Notes under the pieces: generated by a model
The model's database searches: none
Told to the model about the DNA's origin: nothing
The model's input: the letters and a program-made list of their open reading frames with translations, nothing else
Assembly (NCBI RefSeq): GCF_009834535.1
Contig: NC_045696.1
Location: 97,776,001-97,840,000 of the forward strand
Source: Camelus ferus
Taxonomy: Eukaryota
Direction of reading: 5' to 3'
Length of the DNA stretch: 64,000 bases
Shown here: piece after piece, positions 13,821 through 26,722 of the stretch
How positions within the stretch are numbered: the first letter of the stretch is position 1
Layout of the letters: every line of letters begins with the position of its first letter
Translations under genes and position numbers: made by a program

Positions 13821-14725
13821 TAGAATAAGTAATACATCTTACATCTAGTATTTTATAAAACACATGTTTTACTATTTAACTCTAATCAGAAACACATGAT
13901 TTATATCAGTAAAAGTAAGCTAGATTTTGCTTTGGTAAGAAGCAGCATCAAATTATCAAGGGCTTAGAAAATCAAAGGTTTATTTCTTGCTCTTGCCTTC
14001 TAATCATCACAATCAACACAGAGTCTGTGCAAGAGAAGAAGGAGAGTTAAGGAGGGTCTCTCACAAAATAATGCAAAGCTTGACTGGAAATGACACACAC
14101 AACTCATTAACCACAAGACCCAACCCACCCCTAAGGGGAGTCAGAGACTGGGAAATATCTGATGAGCACCATTAAGGACTAGCACCTCGTTCATTGTCGG
14201 GTTTTTTGTTTGTTTGTTTGTCTATTTGGTTTTGTTTAGTTTTTATCTGAATTCATTATGCTGAACACCAGAAATACTACAACATCGTTCATTATGTTTT
14301 ATGTCGAAGGAAACCTCTATAGATGTGGGAATTGGCGGTTAAGAGCACAGATTCTGCATCCAGAGGATCAGGTATGGCTCAACCACTCACCAGCTAATCT
14401 TGGGCAAATTACTGTCTCTCTGTGCCTCAGTGTCTTCTTATATAAAATGTTAGGTCTAATAAGAGTAACAGGTTGGGGAAAGATTAGGTGATTTGATACA
14501 GTCAAAGCACTTGGAATAATGACTGGCATACTGTTATCATCAACAGCATTATTATTTTACAGTATGAAACTCAGTATAATGCATTACAATTTTTTTCAAA
14601 GCCTCTCCCTTAAATCAAAGGGTACAAAGATGTACAGTGAAAAGTCAATTTCTCTTTCACATCTGAGCCTGATCAATCAATTTTTCTCCCCAGACACAAT
14701 TGTTGCCAGCCATGGCGTTTATGAA

Positions 14726-16778
14726 TGTAATGTCTTGCAGCCCCAAATCTCCCCACCCCCTTCATTTCTCTGCTTATGATAATGAAACATTTTTCCTTTG
14801 CTGGCTGACACGATCAATGTTAAGCTTTGCCAGTAGAGGACGCTGGAGGGACTCCGGAGGAGAAATGGGCTTCTCTTTCCGGTTCTAGCGGGCTTTCTGT
14901 TCTTGTCCTGGGCTGATATGTGGGAGACCCAATGACGGAGCTCGCCCCAGCAAGTTCCGTGGGTGCCCCAGCTGGTTTTCCCAGGACCAGCTCAGCGACA
15001 CTTGTGTGATGCAGCTTCCTGCCAACTTTCCAGTGAGTCCAGTCATGGCCCAGCCAGCATCATCAAGTTCAACAGTACTCTGCTCCAGGCAGTTTCCTGT
15101 TGAATTCATCAGCACACCCCAGCAAGTGATTTCCTTCCCACCAGCCTCAGCCTACCGATTCTTCAGTATAGGAATTTCCAGCTTCTTAGTGCTGGCTTGC
15201 GACTCCTAGTTGTCAATTGCGGGCCAGCTCTGATCTGAGGCCACCCAGCAAAATACTACACCATCAGAGGGGCTTTCCCTCTCCAAGGACGTCTGTGTCC
15301 AGCTTTGAGCAGCTCACTCACCCCAGTTCATTCCTTTCTCGGATACCCTTTCTCAGCCCTAGTGCATTCTTTTTTATTATTATCATTATTTTTTATTGTA
15401 GTTGATATACAATGTTATGTTAGTTTCAGGTGTACAAAAATTCACGTTTTGCTAGATTAGACTCCATTTAAAGTTATTATAAAATATTGGTATATCCCCT
15501 GTGCTGTACATTACATCCTTGTATCTTGTTTATTTTGCATGTAGTAATTTGTACTTCTTAATCCCCGTCCCCTGTCTTGCCCCTCTCTCACTGGTAACCA
15601 CTAGTTTGTTCTCTATACCTATGTCTGTTTCTGATTCGTTATATTCATTCATTTGCTTTATTTTTTAGATTCCACATAAGTGAAAACATACAGTATTTGC
15701 CTTTCTCTGACTTACTTCACTAAGCATAATACCCTTCAGGTCTATCCAAGTTGCTGCAAATAATAAAATTTCTTTTTTTTTTTTAATAGTTGAGTAATAC
15801 TCCATTGCGTATATACCACATCTTCTTTATCCATCCGTCTTTTGATGGACATTTAGGTTGCTTTCTTACCTTGGCTATTGTATATAATGCTTCCTATGAA
15901 CATTGAGGTGCATACATCTTTTCAAATAAGTGTTTTTGTTTTCTTCAGATATATACCCAGGAATGGAATTGCTGGATCAAATGATAGTTCTATTTTTAAT
16001 TTTTTGAGGAACTTCTATACTGTTTTCCATGGTGGCTACACCAATTTACATTCCCACCAACAGTGAGCTGAGTTCCCCTTTCTCCACATCCCCACCAACA
16101 TTTGTTATTTGTGTGTGGTCTTCTTTATGATAGCCATTATGCCAGATATCTCATTGTGGTTTTGATTTGCACTTCTCAGATAATTAGTTATGTTTAACAT
16201 CTTTTCATGTGCCTGTTGGCCATCTGTATGTCTTCTCTGGAAAAATGTCTACTCAGGTCTTCTGCCCATTTTTTAATCAAGTTATTTGATTTTTTGATAC
16301 TGAGTTGTATGAGCTGCTTATATATCTGGATATTAACCCCTTACAGACATACCATTTGCTAATATTTTCTCTCATTCAGTAGGTTGTCTTTTCATTTTGT
16401 TGGTAGTTTCCTTCACTGTGCAAAAGCTTTTAAATTTAATGAGGTCTCATTTGTTTATTTTTGCTTTTGTTCCCCTAGCCTGAGGTGACAAATCCACAGA
16501 AGTATTGCTGGGACAATCCAGGCAAGTCAAGCCAAAGCACCGGGCAGTTTTCAGTCTGCTGCCTCCACACTTTTCAAGAGTGGAGCCTCAGATTCTTACA
16601 GCCCTACAGTCAGCCCTGCTGTTTCTCAAGCCAGCCAAGTCAACCCAGTGTCAGCAGCCCTGGGGTAGTCTTCAGAATTCTCTTATTCCCACTTAGTAGA
16701 GAATGAATCATTCTCCATATTAAATCTTCCCAATTCAAATTATTGTGTAATTTCTGCCTCCTGAATGGATCCTGACAG
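14726..16778 (+). mobile_element. ERVL-type LTR (LTR33/41-like) split by an L1
   Basis: ttaagctttgccagtagaggacgctggaggga near the start; taaatcttcc...ttctgcctcctgaatggatcctgaca at the end. Confidence 0.5.
15368..16497 (-). mobile_element. L1 3' portion (artiodactyl-type), antisense
   Basis: gttgatatacaatgttatgttagtttcaggtgtaca...ggaatggaattgctggatc...atttacattcccaccaacagtg...ttgtttatttttgcttttgtt. Confidence 0.9.
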
Positions 16779-17132
16779 CTCTTTGTCATAGGCTTCTGAG
16801 ATACTCTATGCCTATATAATGTGTGTACATATATAATTATATATACTGTATATTATATAAATAGTAATATTATGTCCAGTGTTTTTCTAACTCAGCCATC
16901 ATTGCATATCAGCATGTATAGATTTATCTCATTTTTAATGGTTGCATATTATTCCATTACATAACTATGCCATAATTTATTTAACCAGTTTCCTATTAAT
17001 AGGGAGTAAGATTACTTCCAGTCTTTTCTCTCTATAAATAGTGCAGCAGTATTCTTACTTGATAGGTTCATATGCCCATGTGCAAGCATATCTTATCTGA
17101 AAGATCACTTCCTGGAAAAGACTCTACCTTCT

Positions 17133-17229
17133 TTATTTAAATTTTTCTTTTAATGGTGGTACTGGGGATGGAACCTAGGACCTCGTATATACTAAGCATG
17201 TGCTATACCACTGAGCCATCCTCACCCCC
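17133..17229 (-). mobile_element. Vic-1-like SINE with 15-bp TSD
   Basis: Antisense tRNA-like body; flanks aagactctaccttct (17118-17132) and aagactctgccttct (17230-17244). Confidence 0.85.
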
Positions 17230-17794
17230 AAGACTCTGCCTTCTTAAATTCTCTCCAAACTATCTCCATGCCCACTTCCGCCACCATATTATAGGCATTC
17301 TCCATTAAAAAAATTAATATTTAGTATTTTTATTAGTTAGAACTAAGAAAGCATTTTGCATACATTTTGACAGTTTAAAGAACATGTAAAACCAGTGGAA
17401 AAACATATCCAAGGCAGAGTAGCATCAGATGCTTTGAGACATGCATAGGCATGCATATATTCACACATAGAAATTTTCTGTGTTCCCAGAACATACATTT
17501 CTTCTTGAGAATCCATTGTATGCTTTTTAAAGTTAGCAACATCTTCCTCATACTTGTGCCAAAATGGCCACTAAAGTAATAACATAAAAATGGAAAATGT
17601 TTTCATACATTCTGAATTACTCCTCGACATAACTGGATTCGGCCTCACATTCTTGCAGCAGTTAACTGGCTGTATCGGGTACCACTTCTTTTATTAGTAT
17701 GTCTGTTTTCTTGACCATTGAACAATATTTTGCTTTTCCTTCCCCTGTTCTCTATCCAGTCAGTTCTCAAGTCCTATTATTCATTTTCTTTTGC

Positions 17795-18435
17795 TTTTTT
17801 AAAGTGAGGTGTATTGAAATATAATTTCTACATAGTGAAATTCACACTTTCTAGGTATACAGTTTTGATGAACATGTATAACCATGCAAACTTCACCTCA
17901 ATAGAAATGCTACCTAAAGTATTTACATCACCCCAGAAAGTTCTATGTGCCCCTTTGTAGTTAACTCTTCCCCTGACCCCGGTCCCCTGCTAACTACCGA
18001 TCTTATTTCTATACCAACAGCTTTGTGTTTTTCAGAATGTCGTATCAATGGAATCATACAGTGTGTAGCCTGGCTTCTTCCACTTAACTCTTTTGAGATT
18101 CATCCATGTTGCTGTAGTATCTATCAGTGGTTCACCCCATTTTTATTGCATTCCATTTGTGAATGTCCAGCTTATTTATCTATTTACCAGTTGATGCTTC
18201 CAAGTTCTGGTGATTATGAAAAAGCTGCTCTAAACATTCCTATACAGGTCTTTGTGAGCCCTTACATTTTCAGTTTTCTTGAGTAAATATCCATGTGGGA
18301 TTGTTGAGTTGTATGGTATGCGTATATTTAATATTGTAAGACACTGCCAAATTGTTTTCAAGAGTGGCTGCACCATTTTGCATTTCCACCAGCAATGAAT
18401 GAGATTTTCTGTTGCTCTGCATCCTCTCCAGCCTT
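17795..18435 (-). mobile_element. L1MB-like 3' end
   Basis: tattgaaatataatttctacatagtgaaattcac...catcaccccagaaagttc...ttttgcatttccaccagcaatg. Confidence 0.75.
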
Positions 18436-19538
18436 TGGCCTTCTTTATTTCTGATGGAATTACTGCAGTTGTCTCTGGAATGAACTCTTAGTTCCATACC
18501 TTCCTAACTCTGATCCGTCCTTCGAACTGAAACCAGAATGAGCCTCTAAAATTCCTTCCACTCTTAGTGGCTCTGACTTCCTCAGGATAAAGCCCAGACT
18601 CCTCAATCTGACATACATCTTTGAGCTCTGAGCTTTATCACATACCCTCCTAACCACGTCCACTGTGACCTGACTCAGGGCTTCCGTGCAGTCCAATGCT
18701 GTGGAGCATTTATTTTCTACTTTGTATTCCCAAGACGCAAGCATTCTCTGAATTTTGGATAGTGTTGGCATTATGCAACTGGCTACCAAGGTACTTTTTT
18801 TTTCTTCGACTATTTTTTATGAAAATTTTCAAAAATTCAGGAAAGTTGAAAAACTAGTGCAATGAACATCCACAGTCAGTTCAACAATTGTTAACATTTT
18901 GTTACATTTACTTCATTTGTCTATTTAACATATGTCCATTCTTCTCTTCCTCTTCCTCGTCCTCCTTCTTCTTTTGCCAAACCATTTGCTCAGTAAGTTT
19001 CAGGTGTATCTCTCTCCTAACAATTAGAACAATCTCCTTCATAACAACACCACTACTACACCCAAAATAAATTTAAAACAACTTTCTAATATCATCTAAC
19101 ACTATCTATATTGTTGTTTTTCCAGTTGTCTCCAAGGTGTTTCTCACAGTTTTATTTTCCATGTCAGGATCCAATCAAGCTTTATACACTGCATTTATCT
19201 ACCAGTGCACATTGTTCTATGACTGAGTCTTAGTTTGCCCAGCTACCCTTCTTCTGTTAAGCCAGATGACACAGTTCTGTCCCTACCCTTCCAAAGACTC
19301 TCCTGTGAACCCCTAGCTCTATTTCAAGTTTCCTGTAGCTTTCTGCACTTTCCAGAAGCCTGTGCTTAAATCTATTGGAAATTCAACATTTTGTATTACA
19401 GACCTTTTGTTGAACTTTCTATTTCCCCTTCCAGACTGAGCAGAGCGTCTAGCGGGCAAGGAATGGGTGTTCCTCACCTCAGTAGTCTCCCTGCTAGGCA
19501 GTCATTGCTCAATACACATTTAAAGAATAAATGACAGA

Positions 19539-19712
19539 TAAACAAATTTCTTCTGTATAGCACAGGGAACTATATTCACTATCTTGTAGAAATCAATAAT
19601 GAAAAAGAATATGAAAAGGAATACATGCATGTATATGTGTGACTGAAGCATTATGCTGTACACCAGAAATTGACACAACATGGTAAACTGACTATACTTC
19701 ACTTTAAAAAAA
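19539..19712 (+). mobile_element. 5'-truncated L1 3' end with polyA and a perfect 17-bp TSD
   Basis: aaagaataaatgacaga at 19522-19538 and 19713-19729; body tatagcacagggaactatattc...tgtacaccagaaattgacacaaca. Confidence 0.9.
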
Positions 19713-20299
19713 AAAGAATAAATGACAGAATATGACTTCTAGGTCCGTCATTGTAAAGAATAAATAAATGGACTCTGGAGGGCTGGGAGCCAGGGGGAAG
19801 AGGGTAAAGGGCAGGTAAGGCAAGGGTCTGAGAGGCCATTCTCAATACAGAACGTTGCTCAGGGAGCTTTGGGTATGAACTGCACACGCCTTCCCGTCTA
19901 GGCAATATGCTAGGTGTTTAATTAGTTGGAGATCAACCTAGAATCTAGCAGCACTGTAGACATTTTGGACCAGATAGTTCTAGAGAAATAATTATAAACA
20001 CAAACGTCAAGTCTCCTGCATCCCAACAGCCCACTTTTGTTTGCACAGCTGTTCTGCTACTTTCCTGATATGTTTTTAAGGCCCTGTCCACTCCCAGTGG
20101 GTCCCTAGATTGGACCGGGACCAGCACAGCACTTTGTGACCGTGGTCAGCAGGGAAAATCACTCTGAACTCCCAGGATGAAATTTCTCTCTGAATATTAG
20201 CCTTTTCTGCAGTTAAGCTTATATCTTTGTGGCAAACTTTTCTACTCGATAAACTTCTATCAGATACTTCCTTCTTCTCCACTTCCCACCACCTGTGGG

Positions 20300-20745
20300 G
20301 TTAATTCCAGGATCATATACTAATTCTGATTCCAGAGTGACTCAGAGGCTGCACACCAAGACTATTTTAGGTGGAGTGTTTCCTCCTGAGTCACCTTGTC
20401 CCTTGGTGGCAGGCATCCTGCGGATTTCCTCAGCTCTGCTGTAGAGAACAGGAAGCCAAGGCCAAGAGCAGCCAATCAGCAGAGCAGCCCAGTGACTCTT
20501 CCTGGTTCCCGGAGGACCAGCCAGAAAATCCTGATTTAGTAAGAATTCCTTGGCAAGAAAATGGGGAGTTTACTGGAGACAAATGCCTCCTATTTTTTTT
20601 TTTAAATGAGTACACATATGTTTTTCAGGAGGCTGGTTCAGAAAGAGTTTTCTTAGGCGTGAAATTAAGTAATTGTTTTAATTGTCCAGGGAGACGTCAT
20701 TAGACGCTCTCATTAATGTAATAACCAAACACAAGGAAATTGCTT
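20300..20745. promoter_or_regulatory. Candidate AP-1/ETS enhancer about 6 kb upstream of TM4SF18
   Basis: TGACTCA 20338-44, TGAGTCA 20387-93, ETS-like CATCCTG 20414, ATTTCCT 20424, ACAGGAAG 20448, GACGTCA 20693, in apparently non-repeat DNA. Motif evidence only. Confidence 0.4.
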
Positions 20746-22109
20746 CACTCTCCTTTCCAGAATCTTATCAAATTTTAGAAGTCAGCCATATCCTCTTCAT
20801 TCACTCCTGTCACCCTTACTGAACTGTCTTCCACATGACAACTGGTTCCCCCCACCCACCCTCCCCACCAAGTCTTCATGACTATCTGGGACATGAAAGC
20901 ATCATTAGAGACATCTTTTGGGGGCTTGACCAAGACTGGGCAATACTAGCCAGGCATGTTGCCCTTCCCTGACCCCATCTGCCTGGCTGACATCAGTATT
21001 CTGTCTAGCTAACCTATCTGGCCTGTATATTTCTCCCACAAAAACAAGTGTGTCTTCAAAACAGCAATATAGGCAGCCACTACCAAGGAAGCCAAATGTC
21101 CAAACGTGAAACCTATTTGCAATGAAGAAGAGAGTTTCACTCATAGAAATGTATCAGCCAGGATGAGCATGGTGGAAGAGTCCAAAGAATATGTCAAACC
21201 TTGGGCTTAACCTCTAGTTCCTGGGCAAGCTTTTAAATGTTTCTCAGATCCATTTTTTTTAACACGCAAAATGGAGTTAATAATGCCTTCACCTTAGTGT
21301 TGTTGTGAGAATTCATTTTCTGTTTATTTTTACTGTATGTGGAAGCTTCCAGCACAGTGCCTGGAACAAAGATACTTAACAGATGTCAATTTATCCATGA
21401 CTATTTTAAGGGGGGGCACTGATTGGCAATGACAGCTCACCTCACTGATGCTGAAAATTCCTGGAAGCCATGGCACTGGTACAAGATGGGAAATGCTCAG
21501 CAAAGCCAGTCTCTTAACATTTTAATGAAAGGTATTCTTGGTCATTCCTCTCCAAGGTACAAAATATTGGCAAGAAAAACTTTTCAACTAAACCCTCTTA
21601 GAACCTTGCAAATATGTCTCGTAAAGCACAGTTCTCTCTGGGTTTCTTGGAAGCCAATTGCCGTCCTCAGAGATTATCCTGTTCTCCTTTCTCCTTGATG
21701 TCCTTTCAGTGCCTGCTAGACTCTCTAGGACAAAAGTCTCAAGGTGAGAAAAACTGAAAGCCAAGTCAAACGTTTTCAGTTTTTCAAATATCTCTGCTTA
21801 AAAGTTAATGGGAGAGGGGCTCGGTGAATATTGCCTCGGGAGACTGTAAATTTTGATGCCAGATCATATTGTGATGGAACCTCTCCCACCCTCAGTTCAT
21901 GCCCCATCAAGTTACTTCCTTTTGTTACCTGAAGATTTTAGCTCCTGGCTCTCTAAGGGCAGTCATTCTCTCCAAAACTACCGTTGTTATAAATGTTGAT
22001 TTTAATATTCACTGTAAGTGACCGTTCCAGTACCCCGTCCTCCCCATGGCTTTCTTCCAGTCCCCCTGCCTCTGCCCTGCTTAGGCCACTGACTCCCATG
22101 GCCACACCT

Positions 22110-22478
22110 CGTATTCGTCTGCTAGGGCTGCCATGACAAAAGAGGCGACAAGCAGTAGAAATGTATCTTCTCACAGTAGTAGAAGCTAGAAATCCAAGAT
22201 CAAGACGTGGGCAGGTTTGGTTCCTCCCAAGACCTCTCTCCTGGGCTTGCATGCGGCTGTCTTCTTGTTGGGTCCTCACATGGTCTTTTCTCTGAGGCAC
22301 CTGGTACCTCTCTGTGTGATCACATTTCATTTTCTTATAAGGACACCAATCAGACTGGATTAGGGCTCACTCTACCAAAATTATTTTAACTAAGGCTGTA
22401 TCTCCAAATGTAGTCACATTCTGAAGTTATGGGACATCAACATATGAAATGACAAGGGAACACAATTCAGCCCAGAAC
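22110..22478 (-). mobile_element. MaLR LTR (MLT1A/B-like)
   Basis: gctagggctgccatgacaaa...cttataaggacaccaatcagactggattaggg...acacaattcagccc. Confidence 0.8.
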
Positions 22479-22629
22479 ACACCTCTAGACTTTGTCTTCA
22501 CCACCTACTGAGACACCTTAATCTCAAATCCCAGCATCCTGCTTCTCAACCTCTACCTTCCATCTTTCCAGCTCTTTCTCTCTCTGCTACCTCAAACCAA
22601 CAATTCTTCAACCACGTTGTTTTTCCGTT

Positions 22630-22750
22630 GTCATTGTTCTTTTGGGAGGGGCAGTAATTAGGTTTATTTGTTTTATGGAGGTGCTGGGGATTGAACCCAG
22701 GACCTTGTGCATGCTGGGCAGGGGCTCTACCACTGAGCTATGCCCTCCCC
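22630..22750 (-). mobile_element. Vic-1-like SINE
   Basis: gtaattaggtttattt...ctggggattgaacccaggacc...ctctaccactgagctatgccctcccc. Confidence 0.85.
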
Positions 22751-23049
22751 TCTGCAACCACACTGGGACACACAAGCTACAAATCCAACCCCCCTCCTTT
22801 TTTTTTTTAAACTCTTCCTCACATTCTGTCAGATCTTTACTTCCCTCCTTACTTGGATTAAGGTCCACTGTTCATCATTATATGTTTTTGATTCCTTTGC
22901 CTCTTTTTCGTTACGATATTTGCTTGACAAAATCCCAGTCCTGGTTGATTCCAGCTTTCTTACCACCCTCTGCCCACATCTCTACAAGTGACCTGCCCTG
23001 GGAAAAACACTTAATGATACTGCCTAGTCTCACTATAAATTTATGACAT

Positions 23050-24895
23050 CAAGTGGGCTCTTAGTGCCTGCCAGCTCCTGTCACATTTCTCTAGACCTTT
23101 CACCATCCTACACAACTGTTCCCTACCATCTCCTTTCTCTCCAAACCTGTAACACCCTCTCCCCATCTTCATTCTCAGCTGATAACCTGCTTCCTGTTTC
23201 ACAGAGAAAACAGAAGTAATCAGAAGTTCCCACACCTCCAATCCCATAGGCTCCGTCTTCCTTCTGTTACTCAGACTGAACTGCGCATTCAAAGGCCAAA
23301 TCCTCCATCTGTGCACATGCACCCACCGCTTCCCATTTTACTCAAGAGCATCACTCCAGCAAGTCTCCCCTCTCCCTTACATTGTCTATTCCCACCTCCC
23401 CTCCTCCCACCCCCTCAACAAGAACATTCCCATTAGTATATAAATGTGATATAATTTTTCCCATTAAATTAAGTTCCCCTTGACTCCCACTTTCTCTCCA
23501 GCTAAACTCTCCAAAAGGGTTACAGTCTTCTCTCTGTCTCCAATTCCTCTTTTCTCATTCTCTTATGAACCCATTCCATGAACTCAAGTCTATCCCACCA
23601 CCAAAGCTTTCTGTATCAAGGTCATTGTGATCTCCAGATTGCTAAATCTGACAGCCATTTCTCAATCCTCCCATATGACTTGCCCTATAGGCAGCCTTTA
23701 ACTCGGTTGATCACGCCTTCCTCAGCTAGAAACTCAACTTCCAGGATAAGCTCCTGGTTTTTCTTCTAACTCATGGGCCACTTCTCAGTCTTCTTTGCTG
23801 GCTCCCCCTCAGGTTCCTGAACTCTATCCACTGGGCTGCCCAGGACCTAGTCCTTGGGCCTCTTTCCTGTCCACACTCATTCCCATAATGTTTCATGCCT
23901 TTAAATACCATCTATACACAGACACCTCTCATACACTCCATCCCAGACCTCTTCTCTGCCCTTTGTATTTGTGTGTCCAACAGCCTAACTGGCATCTCCA
24001 CTTGGATTTCTAATAAGTGTCTCCAAACTTGGGATGTTGGAAACTGACCACCTCCTCTCCCCTCCCAAACTTGCTCAGCCTGCTCTTTGGCTCATTCAGT
24101 CAATGACAACTTTGTTCTTCCAGTTGCTCAGGCCTCAAGCTGCGGAGTCATCTTTGACACGCCCCTTTCTCTTGCATCCAACTTGTCACCAAATACTGTT
24201 GACTCTATCTTTCAAATGTGTACAGAACCCCGCCTTTTCTCACCATCTCTGCTACTACTATCATGGTCTGAGTCACTGTCACCCGCAGGAAGTCTGCATT
24301 GTTGAAATGGGTTTAGAATTCATGTCCTTTCTTTCACCCACATCCTTTACAACCTACTCACGACACAGCAGCCAGAGTGAGCCTTTGAACATTAACAAGC
24401 CATTTTTCTACCCAAAACTAATCTCGGATACTGCTGCACTCCCCCTCCCTCTCTTGGCTCCAGCCACCATGGTCTCCTCACTGGGGTTCACTTCTACCTC
24501 AGGGCTTTTGCACACTCACTGTTCTCACTTCCTAAACCGCTTTGCCCCACGTTCTCTGCATGGCTCACACCCTCTACTTCCTGCAGATCTTTGCTCAGAT
24601 GTCACCTTCACAGTAAGCTCTTCCCTGACCTCCCTGTTTGAAATGACACCCCCATCTCCATCCACATCCTCTGGTGCTCCTACCTGTCCTCACCTAACTT
24701 ATTTTAGCCGCACTTACCACTACCTGATAAGCTATCTATTTTACTGATATGTATTCTTTTCTTATTATTCTCCCCTGTAGTAGAATGCCAGCCCCAAGAG
24801 GGCAAGGATTTTAGACTGTCTTGTTCACTGATCTCTCTGTCCGGCTCTCAGGTACAGTGCCTGGCACATAGGAGGTGCTCAGTAAATATTCAACC
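23050..24895 (+). mobile_element. LINE-2 remnant (about 1.8 kb) including its 3' end
   Basis: C/T-rich L2 text ending ...gagggcaaggatttt...acagtgcctggcacataggaggtgctcagtaaatatt. Confidence 0.8.
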
Positions 24896-26159
24896 AAAGA
24901 GGTTGTTACTCTTCCCGTTTTCCCCAAAGTTCTAGTGAATGCGATTTTAGGTTTTGCTTCTATAACGCTGGGAGAAAAAAAAAAATCTAGTGGCCAGACT
25001 TTGCTCAAAGACATTAGAGAAAAAAAAATTGCCACAACCACTAGGGGGTGCCAAGAAACCTCTTTGGAACTGATCACAGTTTAAGACTACTAGTTTCTAG
25101 GTTAGTTTTGTTTAAATCCAACTGTGGCTCCAAGTATCTCAATTTTTTAAAAAGTGTAAGTATAATACAATTTAAAAATGTTTATTATGAAAGTAAGTTT
25201 TTATTTTCTTGAATTAAAAGCAGATATGTTATAGAGTATTAATGCTTTCTGGAGGATAATGACAAATTAAATATAAATAAATCTGGGATCAAGATTTCAA
25301 GGTACAAAACTCTTTGGTATGGAGGGGAATAAACAAGCCGGTTTTCCTTCTGATCTCTGTACTATTTTTGACAATTACGTTCCTACAACTGCAATTTTAT
25401 TGTTAGTCACAGCTCTCATACCTTGCCTGGTCCTTCTCTATCACTCGACTTTGTGTTTTGCATACATAATCTGTTTAACCCACACATTATCCTTCTGGAG
25501 AAGATACCATTTTTAAATTCCCATTTCATCACTGAGGAAATTGAGACTAAGTCAAGCAGAGTTCTGAAGTTACTGGTAGAAAGAGTATAAAGAGTTCAGG
25601 CACTCCTTGAATTCCTTACCACCATCGACTGCATTTTCTTTACCACAGCAGTGCCAAGATGCCTCCCCGTAATCTTCGCCTATGTCATCATAATTAGAAG
25701 GGATCTGTGACTCTTTAACTTTAGGGCAATAAATCCTTATTTCAAACTTATTACGCATAAAATCTTAATCAAATTACCCAGCTTACTTACCCCCTTTTCC
25801 TAGGTAGTAAGAGATATGAATTTTTTCCTGTTATTATTTTTCAGACAGGTAGAGATAATAGATGTAAACTCTTAAGAGGAAAACTCTACCAGTCTTGTCA
25901 CAATGAACTCATCAACTGTGATGACTTGTTTTTCTCACCTGTCTATCCGTTTCTTTGTTCTTTTTGTGCCCCCTGCAGTTTGAACAATGTTTGGTGAGTA
26001 GTAAGCATGAAATAAAGAACACTGAATAAAAGATCGATACATAAAGTCAGAATATTTGAGCGAACCCCGCACAACGTGCTCTAGTGTGAGATCCTTTGGT
26101 AGTTTCCTCTTTAACCCCCGTCCAGTCTTGGATGAAATTTGCCAGGCTCAGTTCCAACC

Positions 26160-26420
26160 CCGACCCCAACTTCCTTCTTAAAACATGTTCAGAGTTCAAT
26201 CTTCAGTGCTCTCATCCAGAGGAAAATGACTTATTTTAAAAAGCAGTAAGAGCACCGCATTCCTTTGGCACAGGATGAAGACCAGCTCAGCTCTTGGGCC
26301 GTTTGTCTATTGTTCTCCAAACAGTAAACCACTATTTCCACACCGAGAGGCCACGGGGGGCAGTTCTGTCCAAGCTCTGGGCTCCTCCTGAATATGAACT
26401 GAAGGGTGACCCAGAAAAGG
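26160..26420 (+). promoter_or_regulatory. TM4SF18: TM4SF18 proximal promoter and probable non-coding first exon (donor AGG|GTAGGT at 26420/26421)
   Basis: A good donor lies 108 nt upstream of the acceptor at 26528. Motifs: ETS ACTTCC 26169, TEAD-like CATTCC 26258, SOX ATTGTT 26309, FOX GTAAAC 26324. The TSS cannot be determined. Confidence 0.55.
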
Positions 26421-26545
26421 GTAGGTGAACTCGGGGGGGTTGCGGGGGGGTGTGTGTGTGGGGAGACAGGGAGGGAAAAAAACCAAAATAGGCTTCATGT
26501 AATTCTACACTCTTGAAATCTCCTGCAGGTTCTGAGCAGGGTAAA

Positions 26546-26722
26546 ATGGGGTCTCGGAAATGTGGAGGCTGCCTGAGTTGTCTGCTGATTCCGCTTGCAC
26601 TTTGGAGTATAATTGTGAACATACTATTGTATTTCCCGAACGGGCAAACTTCCTATGCATCCAGCAATAAACTCACCAACTACGTGTGGTATTTTGAAGG
26701 AATCTGTTTCTCAGGTATCATG
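26546..26722 (+). CDS. TM4SF18: TM4SF18 coding exon 1 (aa 1-59)
   Basis: MGSRKCGGCLSCLLIPLALWSIIVNILLYFPNGQTSYASSNKLTNYVWYFEGICFSGIM, the L6-family TM4SF18 N-terminus; acceptor cag at 26526-28; donor gtaagt at 26723; 177 nt. Confidence 0.97.

Noticed and set aside
24034..24747. 237-aa ORF, the longest in the track
   Set aside because: Lies wholly within the C/T-rich LINE-2 remnant, where stop-poor composition explains its length.
1..26000. TM4SF1 exons expected upstream by synteny
   Set aside because: No L6-family coding sequence was found; the gene is presumably outside the window.
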